The notes beneath the pieces were generated by a model, which ran no database searches, was not told the origin of the DNA, and saw only the letters and a program-made list of their open reading frames with translations. From NCBI GenBank assembly GCA_051439625.1, contig JBFRWO010000181.1, forward strand, positions 1-27,617: DNA of 27,617 nucleotides, in the 5' to 3' direction. Below are positions 1 to 8,210 of the stretch, piece after piece. This DNA is from Crocosphaera sp. Its GTDB lineage: Bacteria > Cyanobacteriota > Cyanobacteriia > Cyanobacteriales > Microcystaceae. Both the position numbers and the translations under genes were made by a program. How positions within the stretch are numbered: position 1 is the stretch's first letter; each line of letters starts with the position of its first letter.

Positions 1-241
1 TCCCGATGATCCCTTTGCGGAACTTTTAGGAGATGGAACAGAGACACCTGATGAAGACTTTTTGAACTTACTACAAGCTGATGATAACAGCAAAAATCAA
101 TCCTCTGAATCATTGAAGCAAGACAAAGATTCCGAATGGGGAGATATTTTTGAGGATACCAGCGACAAAAATGGTAACGAAGATAATCCATTTCTAATGG
201 AAGAAATGTTTGAAAAATCAAAAACTAAGACCTCTTCTTAA
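1..241 (+). CDS. 3' end of a CDS (partial). The acidic C-terminal tail reads ...PDDPFAELLGDGTETPDEDFLNLLQADD...EEMFEKSKTKTSS*, ending at TAA 239-241. Function unknown.
   Basis: Open frame from the window edge (phase 2) to TAA at 239-241, followed by a hairpin plus T-run. I recognise no family. Confidence 0.4.
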   Translation, partial: PDDPFAELLGDGTETPDEDFLNLLQADDNSKNQSSESLKQDKDSEWGDIFEDTSDKNGNEDNPFLMEEMFEKSKTKTSS

Positions 242-267
242 TTTTTTGGAGAGCATAATTGATTTTT

Positions 268-302
268 GGGGACTGGGTTCAAATCCAGTCTCCATATTTT
301 TT
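268..302 (+). terminator. Putative rho-independent terminator: hairpin GGGGACTGG-GTTCAAAT-CCAGTCTCC followed by ATATTTTTT.
   Basis: 9-bp stem with one G-U pair (268-293), then a T-run at 296-302, directly downstream of the partial CDS. The loop resembles a tRNA T-loop (GGTTCAAATCC). Confidence 0.45.
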
Positions 303-526
303 GCCCTAAAAAAATAAAATTTTTAGATAAATCCCTTGGCAGATTCGTCAATTAAGGTTATCATTAACCAGCCCTGATTCAAGTAAAGACCTTTCAAATC
401 TGGGAAAGTGAAACCTCTTGACCCCAGTATTTCCCCTAAACTATGGTCTAAGCCATAGAGAAACGAGCAATCCTCTTGAAAATCTCAGGGTCTAGGATAA
501 AGAAACTTAGTTTTAGCTGTTAATCA

Positions 527-1963
527 ATGTCCTCATCTCCTGATATCATGACTGCTGTGTCACTAAAAAAACAGTCCACCTCTAAAATGCACGGGTCAAT
601 TGGTGAATCATCCGCTGAATCCACACCAGTATTCGCTCTCAAAGAACTTGTGGCTAGTTTATATAAAGAACAAAATAAAGTCCAAAATTTATTAAGTTCT
701 TTAGGGTTTGCTCTGCGAAGTTTTAATAATCTCAATCAATTTTTAGAACTGACTCCCTTAATGGCAGCACGAGTAACGGATGCTGACGGGAGTGCTTTAA
801 TGTTGTCAAAAAATGAGCATCAAATCAGACTTGAACAATTACATTGTCAAGATCATCAAATGGCTCAAGAAATTAGAGAAACTATCACTGGAATTATTAA
901 TGAAAGTCATAGTCAACAAGTAACTCCAGCATTATCCCTCTCCTTAGACGAGAAAATTCGTCAAGCATTAGGAAAAAAAATCCGCCTCTATAGCACCCCG
1001 GTTTTGGTTAAAAATGTAGAGAGGGGCCGAATCTATGTCTTTAGTAGTGACCCCGAATATGTTTGGACTCAAACACGACGAAAATTATTACAACTGGTAG
1101 CCGATCAAACCTCGGTGGCCATCGCTAATAACGAATTAACCGTAGAATTACGTTCCAAAGAAAGACAAGATCGAGAACTAGAAATTGCCTCAGAAATCCA
1201 GTTGAGGTTATTCCCCCGTCAATGTCCCGTTATCGATGGAATAGAATTAGCCGCCCGTTGTCAAACAGCTAACCGAGTGGGGGGAGATTATTACGATTTT
1301 ATCCCTACAAATTACGACCAATTACGTCAAGATCAAGAAATTAAACCAGGTGATCCTGCAACGTTGGTTCCTTGGAGTATTGTTATCGGCGATGTCATGG
1401 GAAAAGGTGTTCCTGCTGGTTTAATTATGACTATGACCAGAGGAATGCTCAGAGCAGAAGTATTAAACCGCCATTCCCCTGCGAGAATTCTGCAACATCT
1501 CAATCGGGTTATGTACGCTGATTTAGATAATTCTCATCGGTTTGTGACCCTATTTTATTCCGAATACGATCCCAAAACAAAAATACTTTCCTATAGTAAT
1601 GCAGCGCATAACCCTCCATTCCTCTGGCAAAAAGCTACTCAAACCATGGAAAAACTTGATACCGATGGGATGTTAATCGGTTTAGAGGCTAATTCTCAAT
1701 ACGAAGACGGACAAACCCAACTCAATTCTGGTGATATCATTCTCTACTATACAGATGGTTTTACCGATGCAGTCAACCAAAAAGGCCGTCGCTTTGATGA
1801 AGAAAATCTGATCAAAATCTTTGAAGAGGGATGTCAACGTTATGATAGTCCTCAAGACATTCTTGACTACCTGTTTGAGCAGATTAAAATATTTATTGGC
1901 TCAGGACACAATAATAGTGATGATATGACTTTAATTGTCATGCGGGTAAAATCAAATTCTTGA
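527..1963 (+). CDS. GAF-domain-containing PP2C-family (SpoIIE/RsbU-like) serine phosphatase
   Basis: The N-terminal half reads as a GAF-like sensor region. The C-terminal half has PP2C/SpoIIE hallmarks (GGDYYDF, VIGDVMGKGVPAGLIMTMTRGMLRAE, ILYYTDGFTDA). ORF-track length 478 aa. Confidence 0.8.
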   Translation: MSSSPDIMTAVSLKKQSTSKMHGSIGESSAESTPVFALKELVASLYKEQNKVQNLLSSLGFALRSFNNLNQFLELTPLMAARVTDADGSALMLSKNEHQIRLEQLHCQDHQMAQEIRETITGIINESHSQQVTPALSLSLDEKIRQALGKKIRLYSTPVLVKNVERGRIYVFSSDPEYVWTQTRRKLLQLVADQTSVAIANNELTVELRSKERQDRELEIASEIQLRLFPRQCPVIDGIELAARCQTANRVGGDYYDFIPTNYDQLRQDQEIKPGDPATLVPWSIVIGDVMGKGVPAGLIMTMTRGMLRAEVLNRHSPARILQHLNRVMYADLDNSHRFVTLFYSEYDPKTKILSYSNAAHNPPFLWQKATQTMEKLDTDGMLIGLEANSQYEDGQTQLNSGDIILYYTDGFTDAVNQKGRRFDEENLIKIFEEGCQRYDSPQDILDYLFEQIKIFIGSGHNNSDDMTLIVMRVKSNS

Positions 1964-2006
1964 AAGTCTCTTTGTCCTAAACCATTCAACTATTCAAAGC
2001 TTCTGT

Positions 2007-2249
2007 ATGCTGTTGTTTGAACCAACTATCCACCTCAATTTGCTCTCTGTTAACGTTTGGCTAGATCCTTCGTCATTATTCGCTCACCCCTCGATAGAGA
2101 TTAGCCACTTATTTGCCCAGCAAATAGAAGATCCAAAGATAATCGAGACAATGCAAGACTCTTGGAAAAATTTTATTGAGTCGGGTCAAGTTTGGGCTTT
2201 AGGGATAGGATTTGTCCTTGGATATATCTTCCGAAGTTTTACTTCTTAA
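2007..2249 (+). CDS. Small hypothetical protein (80 aa) with a hydrophobic C-terminus. Doubtful.
   Basis: ORF only, in the intergenic gap between the PP2C gene and argH. No recognisable motifs. Confidence 0.2.
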   Translation: MLLFEPTIHLNLLSVNVWLDPSSLFAHPSIEISHLFAQQIEDPKIIETMQDSWKNFIESGQVWALGIGFVLGYIFRSFTS

Positions 2250-2288
2250 AAAAAGTAACATATTTGTCTATTTTAATTTTTACAAGGG

Positions 2289-3683
2289 TTGACCGTGATA
2301 CAAAAAAAGACTTGGAGCGATCGCTTTGAAGGCAGTTTACACCCTGCCATTGTCGAATTTAATGCTAGTATTACCTTCGATATCGAACTTATTGAATACG
2401 ATTTAACTGGTTCTATTGCCCACGCTAAAATGTTAGCTAAAACAGGTATTATTAGTGATGCAGAAGCAGAAGAATTAGTCAAGGGTTTAGAAACAATTCG
2501 TCAAGAATATCGGGATGGTAATTTTAACCCAGATATCGATCAAGAAGATGTTCACTTTGCCGTAGAAAGACGTTTAACAGAGTTAGTGGGAGATGTGGGT
2601 AAAAAGCTCCATACAGCCCGTTCCCGTAACGATCAGGTCGGAACGGATATCCGCCTCTATCTCAGGGAGCAAATTCAACAAATACGCCAGCAAATCAAGG
2701 AATTTCAACAAGTATTATTAACTCACGCTCAAGAAAACGTTGAAACCCTAATCCCTGGTTATACCCATCTCCAACGGGCCCAACCCATCAGCCTCGCTCA
2801 TCATCTTTTAGCCTACTTCCAAATGGCACAAAGGGACTGGGAACGTTTAGGAGAAATTTATAACAGAACAAATGTTTCTCCTTTGGGTTGTGGGGCGTTG
2901 GCCGGGACAACTTTCCCCATAGATCGCCATTATAGTGCAGAATTATTGGGCTTTGGGGACGTTTATGGCAATAGTTTGGATGGAGTAAGCGATCGCGACT
3001 TTGCCATTGAATTTCTCAATGCAGCCAGCTTAATTATGGTGCATCTCAGTCGTTTAAGCGAAGAGATGATTCTTTGGGCTTCTAAAGAGTTCGGTTTTAT
3101 TAGTTTAACCGATAGTTGTGCCACGGGATCTAGTATTATGCCCCAAAAGAAAAATCCTGATGTTCCTGAATTAGTTAGGGGCAAAGCAGGGCGAGTTTTT
3201 GGGCATTTACAGGGCTTGTTAGTGCTGATGAAAGGATTACCCTTAGCCTACAATAAAGACCTCCAGGAAGACAAGGAAGCCATCTTTGACGGGGTAAAAA
3301 CCGTTAAAGGGTGTTTGGAGGCGATGACGGTGTTATTAGGAGAAGGGATCAAGTTTCGCAAAGAAAGATTGAGTGAAGCAGTGGCCGAAGACTTTTCTAA
3401 TGCGACAGATGTAGCGGACTATTTAGCAGCAAAAGGTGTTCCTTTTAGAGAGGCTTATAATTTAGTGGGAAAAGTGGTTAAAACCAGCTTAGCTGCCGGA
3501 AAATTGTTAAAAGATTTGACATTGGAAGAATGGCAAGCATTACATCCTAAATTTGAAGCCGATATCTATGATGCGATCTCGCCTAAACAGGTAGTAGCAG
3601 CCCGTAATAGTTACGGAGGCACAGGGTTTGAGCAAATTAATCAAGCTATTGAACGGGCAAAAAAACAGCTTGAGTTATCTTAG
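2289..3683 (+). CDS. argH: Argininosuccinate lyase
   Basis: Full-length fumarase/aspartase-family match including the signature [12 protein letters not shown], with TTG start at 2289 (alternative GTG at 2295). Ends at TAG 3681-3683. Confidence 0.95.
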   Translation: MTVIQKKTWSDRFEGSLHPAIVEFNASITFDIELIEYDLTGSIAHAKMLAKTGIISDAEAEELVKGLETIRQEYRDGNFNPDIDQEDVHFAVERRLTELVGDVGKKLHTARSRNDQVGTDIRLYLREQIQQIRQQIKEFQQVLLTHAQENVETLIPGYTHLQRAQPISLAHHLLAYFQMAQRDWERLGEIYNRTNVSPLGCGALAGTTFPIDRHYSAELLGFGDVYGNSLDGVSDRDFAIEFLNAASLIMVHLSRLSEEMILWASKEFGFISLTDSCATGSSIMPQKKNPDVPELVRGKAGRVFGHLQGLLVLMKGLPLAYNKDLQEDKEAIFDGVKTVKGCLEAMTVLLGEGIKFRKERLSEAVAEDFSNATDVADYLAAKGVPFREAYNLVGKVVKTSLAAGKLLKDLTLEEWQALHPKFEADIYDAISPKQVVAARNSYGGTGFEQINQAIERAKKQLELS

Positions 3684-3712
3684 ATGCTGAGAATATAGAC
3701 TAAGATGGTTAG

Positions 3713-3761
3713 GTGTCATGATCCAAGCCTTAATTTGGCGCAAGCAATTAAGAACATGACA
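3713..3761. terminator. Imperfect extended hairpin between the convergent argH and RES-toxin frames. Possible bidirectional terminator.
   Basis: GTGTCATG (3713-3720) pairs with CATGACAC (3754-3761). An inner CTTAATT/AATTAAG pair sits between them. No strong U-run. Confidence 0.3.
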
Positions 3762-3829
3762 CTATCACTTTCCTACCAGTGGGTACAAGATGATTTTCTT
3801 AGCTCAACACTATAACTATTCTTCTAAGG

Positions 3830-4444
3830 TCATTTGAGATTTATTGTATTTGTAGGATCATAAACTTCAATATAACTATTATTGTCTAATCGGTCTAAGA
3901 AAATCACTAAATTATAGGTATTAACTTCAGAATCAGCAGCAGAGGGAACTTTTAAAGCTTCGATTGTGTTTGAATTATAAGCAGCTTGAGCTAGTTCTTG
4001 AGTCGGTGCGATTTGATTTTGAAGATTAATTCTTAACCAATCTCCTGTCAATTCTTGTAAGTTCGTGTTCAAAAGATTCTGGTTATTAATATTGGTTAAA
4101 TCTATAATAGATTGTAAACGATACTTAAGAGAAAGTAGAATAACAGGTTCACTAGGATAAGCTACAATGCCTGAAGGTGTGTTAACTAAAAATTTAAGTT
4201 CTTTGAGTGCAGTAATAGGATTTCCAGAAGTATATAACGCCTCGAACTGTTCAGAAATATTATATCTTCCCCCATTTTTAAGTGAACCAACTGCCGATAA
4301 AAGACTCTTTTGAAATCTTAAGGCGACAAAACGAAAAACACAACCCTCTTGGGATTTAGTCGTGATTTTTGGCAGGGTAGCAATGAGTTCCTGGCGATTG
4401 AGGATTATTATTACAGTCTCATAGAATATGTTCTATGTTGCCAT
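3830..4444 (-). pseudogene. RES-domain toxin (ParT/MbcT-like) frame interrupted by an in-frame TAG at codon 4 (4435..4433)
   Basis: The minus-strand frame ATG(4444)-GCA-ACA-TAG then runs open for about 200 codons to the stop at 3830. It translates to ...CVFRFVALRFQKSLLSAVGSLKNGGRYNISEQFEALYTSGNPITALKE...ALKVPSAADSEVNTYNLVIFLDRL..., matching the RES-domain conserved Arg/Glu/Ser blocks. No ATG/GTG/TTG occurs after the TAG until the TTG at 4072 that the ORF track used. Confidence 0.6.
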
Positions 4445-4484
4445 ATACCTGCCTGAGAATTCGCCTAAATAATCAATTACTATT

Positions 4485-4691
4485 TTAGCTAGGTTGTCCC
4501 GTTTCAATCGCATGAACAAAATAACTCAAAACCTTTAAATCTCCTTCATCTAGATAAGATTGAGGGGTACGTCCACCAATAAGGGGATGAGGGGTGTTTA
4601 ACCACAGTTTAGCATTGTCTAAACCACCGATTAGTTGGCTTAATCGTGTGATAAGTTCTTCTTTGGTTGGGGTTGAGGTTTCGGTAATCAT
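4485..4691 (-). CDS. Antitoxin carrying the Xre/MbcA/ParS-type toxin-binding domain (DUF2384). Cognate of the downstream RES toxin.
   Basis: 68 aa containing LWLNTPHPLIGGRTPQSYLDEGDLKVLSYFVHAIETG, the characteristic DUF2384 motif. Same strand as the RES frame and 40 bp upstream of it. There is no N-terminal HTH. Confidence 0.7.
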   Translation of the reverse strand: MITETSTPTKEELITRLSQLIGGLDNAKLWLNTPHPLIGGRTPQSYLDEGDLKVLSYFVHAIETGQPS

Positions 4692-4855
4692 TTATGTATA
4701 ATCAGACTTCATTTCCATTCTATCAATTGCCTGATTTTCTGCCTGAGTTGTGCCAAATTTTGCCTGATTAAATTTTGATGCCTATTTTTCCCTGACTTTG
4801 GGAACATTACTTAAGTAACTGTATTTGGGTTTACTTTATCAGTCCTCAAAGATAT
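4692..4855. promoter_or_regulatory. Divergent promoter region carrying three direct copies of TGCCTGA (4718, 4730, 4751). A fourth copy sits at 4450 between antitoxin and toxin.
   Basis: Heptamer repeats seen directly in the sequence. They lie between the start of the antitoxin gene (4691, minus strand) and the start of the HTH-NB-ARC gene (4856, plus strand). Confidence 0.35.
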
Positions 4856-6388
4856 ATGTCCTCAAGATCCCTCAACCTCGCACCGCAACACAAACAAAAG
4901 GTTAAAGATGCTCTCAAACGCAATGGTTTCCGCTCTCAGCAAGCTTTTGCGACGGAAATGGGCGTTTCCCGTGATACGGTGAGGAAGTTTGTTAATGGTA
5001 AGAATGTTGATTGCAATAATTTTATTGAGTTTTGTAAGCAATTAGGGTTAGATTGGCAGGAAATTGTTGATAAACCTGTAGAAATAGAGAAAGATCCCAA
5101 TTTTGTCGGACGGGAAAAAGCGATCGCGAATCTTCATAACCTGACTCAACAACATAAGTTAATCTTGATTCATGCAGGTGGTGGCGTAGGTAAAACGGAG
5201 TTAGGGAAGAAATATCTTAAAAATCAGGGATTTAATAAGGTAATTGAGTTATTAATGGCAACAAAGACACAAAGCGTCTCATCAATTGAAGGTGTAGTTG
5301 AAGAATGGATCAAGCAATTTGGACAAGAACCTGCAAGAGATTTTATGATTAATTTAGAGAGATTACGCAAAATATTAAAATCTCAGAGGGTAGGAATTTT
5401 AATTGATAATTTAGAACCTGCATTAGACAATGGCAAATTCATTGAAACTCATCGAAATTATGTAGAGTTATTGCGAATATTAGGTGAACATGATGGGAAG
5501 TCTATCACTTTAATTACGAGTCGGGAAAAATTAGCAGAATCAGCTATAAAAATAGAAACCTATTCCCTAGAAGGGTTAACAGAGGAAGCGTGGCAAGACT
5601 ATTTTAGTAATCATAATATTAACATTAATAAACCTACTCTTAAAGCGATGCGTGATGCTTATGGTGAAAATGCGAAAGCAATGGATATTTTGCGAGGTGC
5701 TATCTTAGAAGATAATCAGGGTGATATGATGAAATATTGGCAAGTTAATCAAGAAGATTTATTAGCAAATCCCACACTAAAACATTTAGTTACTTCTCAG
5801 TTTGATAGACTCGAAAGACATGATACTGATGCTTATCAGTTATTATGTCGGTTAGGCTGCTATCGTTATCAAGATGTCCCAACTGTTCCCACTGAGGGGT
5901 TATTATGTTTATTATGGAATGTAGCATATCGTAGAAGAAAACGAGTGATTGAAAGCTTAAAAAGTCGTGGTTTAGTAGAACATAAAGATGGTGAATATTG
6001 GTTACATCCAGTTATTAAACAAGAAGCAATAGATAGAATTAAAAAGACTGAAGATTGGGAAACAGCTAATCGTCAAGCAGCATAATTTTGGACGAATAGT
6101 CTTAAATCTGTTGAAACAGTAGAGGATGCTTTAAGAGCTTTTGAGGCTTATCATCATTATGTAGAGATTGAAGATTATCAACAAGCAGGTTGTGTAATTA
6201 TACATGGACGAGATAATCAATGGGAAAAATTAGAACATTTAGGAACATCATTTTATCGATTGGGTTTATTACAACCTATGATTGTTGCTATCAAAAAATT
6301 AGAAAATAAATTAGCAAAAAATTTGATTTTAAGCCGTTTATATAATATGATTGGTGACTTATATTGGTTAAGAGGAAAGCCAATTTAA
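4856..6388 (+). pseudogene. HTH(XRE)-NB-ARC STAND NTPase with an in-frame TAA (6083-6085) and a truncated C-terminal TPR-like region. The intact part is 4856..6085 (409 aa).
   Basis: N-terminal HTH (EMGVSRDTVRKFVNG), Walker A GGGVGKTEL, and an NB-ARC-like region. The same reading frame continues past the TAA for 100 more codons (FWTNSLKSVETVEDALRAFEAYHHYVEIEDYQQAG...LYWLRGKPI*), which looks like the start of a helical repeat array. That array ends abruptly at 6388. Confidence 0.55.
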
Positions 6389-6493
6389 TAGATAAATATG
6401 TTAAAACTATTGGAATTTACAGCTAAAATAAAACACAGAATAATCGAAATTTATGACGAATATCAATAAGATTTAAGTGCATTACATACAGTA

Positions 6494-6563
6494 GGGTGGG
6501 TTAGACGGCTATAATTTAGGCTATAACAAGTATATAAAAATCCGTCGTAACCCACCATTTTTG
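6494..6563 (+). terminator. Long hairpin plus T-run. Likely a terminator for the STAND gene remnant.
   Basis: GGGTGGGTTAGACGG (6494-6508) pairs with CCGTCGTAACCCACC (6542-6556) across about 33 loop nt, followed by ATTTTTG. Confidence 0.4.
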
Positions 6564-6634
6564 TTAAGATAATTTATTAGGGTTTTGTTGGGTTTCGTCC
6601 CTCAAACCAACCTACATCTAACTAATTTTTGTAT

Positions 6635-6864
6635 CCCACATTCCGCACTTCAAAATGTAGTATTAAAAAATTACAAAGTTTGTCTATTTTGCGATCGCAG
6701 CTAGGGAAAAATATTGAGTATTTTTACTCTAAACTCTGACTAAGTTACGCTAGTTTTTTTAACTGCGATCGCAAACAAACCAGGAAATGACAACTATTTA
6801 TACGCAAGAAACCATGCTTTTTCATACTACTTTTTATGTGACAAACCGAAGTGCGGAATGTGGG
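6635..6864. repeat. MITE-like element: a perfect 17-bp terminal inverted repeat (CCCACATTCCGCACTTC ... GAAGTGCGGAATGTGGG) enclosing about 195 bp with a nested HIP1-containing inverted repeat
   Basis: 17/17 inverted match at 6635-6651 and 6848-6864. The inner inverted repeat TTGCGATCGCAG/CTGCGATCGCAA lies at about 6690 and 6764. No ORF inside. Confidence 0.4.
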
Positions 6865-6900
6865 TTGTATTGCTATAGCATGAAATAGCTTTAATGATGT

Positions 6901-6940
6901 CAAAAAAACAAGCCCCTACTGCAACAAGTAGGGGCTTTGA
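6901..6940 (-). terminator. rplL rho-independent terminator
   Basis: On the minus strand AGCCCCTACT-TGTTGC-AGTAGGGGCT is followed by TGTTTTTTTG, about 25 nt after the rplL stop. Confidence 0.75.
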
Positions 6941-6961
6941 AAGTAGCTTAATAAAAAGAAA

Positions 6962-7363
6962 TTACTTCAGGCTGACTTTTGCACCAGCTTCTTCGAGTTT
7001 CTTCTTAGCTTCTTCAGCATCGTCTTTTCCTGTGCCTTCTTTAATAGCTTTAGGTGCAGACTCAACCATATCTTTAGCCTCTTTAAGCCCTAAGCCAGTG
7101 ATAGCCCGAACCACCTTAAGAATGGCAATTTTCTTATCACCAGGAACCTCTTCGAGAACAACATCAAACTCAGTTTTCTCTTCTTCAGGTTCAGCCGCAG
7201 CACCACCAGGTGCAGCACCACCGGGTGCCATCATCATCATGCCACCAGAAGGAGCAGAGGCACTCACACCAAAAGCTTCTTCAATTTGTTTAACTAACTC
7301 AGACGCTTCTAAAAGGGTCAGAGATTTTATCTTTTCGAGAATTTCATCGGTTGCAGCAGACAT
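6962..7363 (-). CDS. rplL: 50S ribosomal protein L7/L12
   Basis: 133 aa, typical L7/L12 sequence with an Ala/Gly/Pro hinge and the conserved C-terminal domain ([28 protein letters not shown]). Confidence 0.95.
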   Translation of the reverse strand: MSAATDEILEKIKSLTLLEASELVKQIEEAFGVSASAPSGGMMMMAPGGAAPGGAAAEPEEEKTEFDVVLEEVPGDKKIAILKVVRAITGLGLKEAKDMVESAPKAIKEGTGKDDAEEAKKKLEEAGAKVSLK

Positions 7364-7438
7364 AATTTAACTCCTTGAAAATGAGTGAAAAAAGTGGATA
7401 ATTGAACAAACAAGATAGATAAATCGGGGAATGAGCTT

Positions 7439-8005
7439 TTAACCATTCCCTTCTTCTTTGGCCGCCATAGCCGCCATAACACGCCCAAGAGAGTTGGGGA
7501 TGTCGTTGATACCCCGTCCCAAAGAACTCGGCACTTCGTTGACCCCAACGGCCAATTTGGTAGCGATAGAATTGATCGCTCCAGCTACTTGTCCGATTAG
7601 TTCTTCTTTTGACGGCAAATCAGCGATCGCCTTAACCTGCTCTTCGTTAAGGGCTTGTCCTTGCATGACACCACCGCGAAACTCGGTTTTTTTGGTGTCT
7701 TTTTTAAAGGACTGATAAGCCCTAACTGCGCTACCTACGTCATCCTTGACTAAGACAAAGGCCGATGTCCCTTTTAAAAAGGTCGTTATCGGTTCCCATG
7801 CCTCATCACCGGTCACAGCTTGTTCCATAAAGGTGTTTTTAGTAACCTTACAGATAGCTCCACTGGGTCGAAGACGGTTCCGTAGATCAGTGATTTCAGC
7901 AACAGATAGACCTTGATAATCAATAACAATGCCTAATTGTGCCTCACTCAAGAGTTCCTTGAGATCAGCGATCACCGCCGCTTTATTTTCCCTGGTTCTT
8001 CCCAT
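7439..8005 (-). CDS. rplJ: 50S ribosomal protein L10
   Basis: 188 aa L10-family sequence immediately upstream of rplL, the canonical gene order. Confidence 0.95.
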   Translation of the reverse strand: MGRTRENKAAVIADLKELLSEAQLGIVIDYQGLSVAEITDLRNRLRPSGAICKVTKNTFMEQAVTGDEAWEPITTFLKGTSAFVLVKDDVGSAVRAYQSFKKDTKKTEFRGGVMQGQALNEEQVKAIADLPSKEELIGQVAGAINSIATKLAVGVNEVPSSLGRGINDIPNSLGRVMAAMAAKEEGNG

Positions 8006-8210
8006 TCTGCTCTCACCTCCTTAATTTTGGGAAAAAAATAAACCCCTAGCAATTTGCCGGGGCTGAAGTCGAATTACACCACAAAAATCATAGAAAGACC
8101 TACAATTTTTACAATGTTTTTACTTCAAGCTTCAACCTCGGCAGGATATTTAAGCAAGTTGCCCCTGCTGTCTTCGGTGTAAACCAAAGTTTAACTTTTT
8201 AGTTGTTAGC
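8006..8210 (-). promoter_or_regulatory. rplJ leader / rplA-rplJ intergenic region. Possible L10(L12)4 autoregulatory leader.
   Basis: About 200 nt untranslated gap between rplA and rplJ with several stem-forming segments. Established knowledge that many bacteria carry an L10 leader here. Not verified structurally. Confidence 0.3.

Noticed and set aside
3830-4072. The ORF track's 80-aa TTG-initiated call for the RES region
   Set aside because: The frame is open for a further about 120 codons upstream and those codons carry the conserved RES N-terminal blocks. The 80-aa call is only the C-terminal third of a disrupted longer gene.
3830-6388. Possibility that the in-frame TAG and TAA reflect a non-standard genetic code
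   Set aside because: Housekeeping genes in the same window terminate normally on TAG (argH) and TAA (rplL, rplA, etc.), and their lengths are canonical.
6894-7370. 158-aa plus-strand ORF (Ala/Ser/Pro-rich) overlapping rplL
   Set aside because: It is the antisense shadow of rplL. The low-complexity composition mirrors the Ala/Gly-rich L7/L12 hinge on the other strand. rplL is unambiguous.
7458-7715. 85-aa plus-strand ORF inside rplJ. Similar shadow ORFs at 8419-8868 (in rplA), 9136-9327 (in rplK), 14264-14449, 14819-15049 and 14859-15053 (in cphA), 22076-22339 (in the flotillin gene), 2273-2482 and 2963-3184 (in argH), and 520-735 (over the PP2C gene start).
   Set aside because: All lie antisense or out of frame within genes that have strong family-level support. 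No independent motifs.
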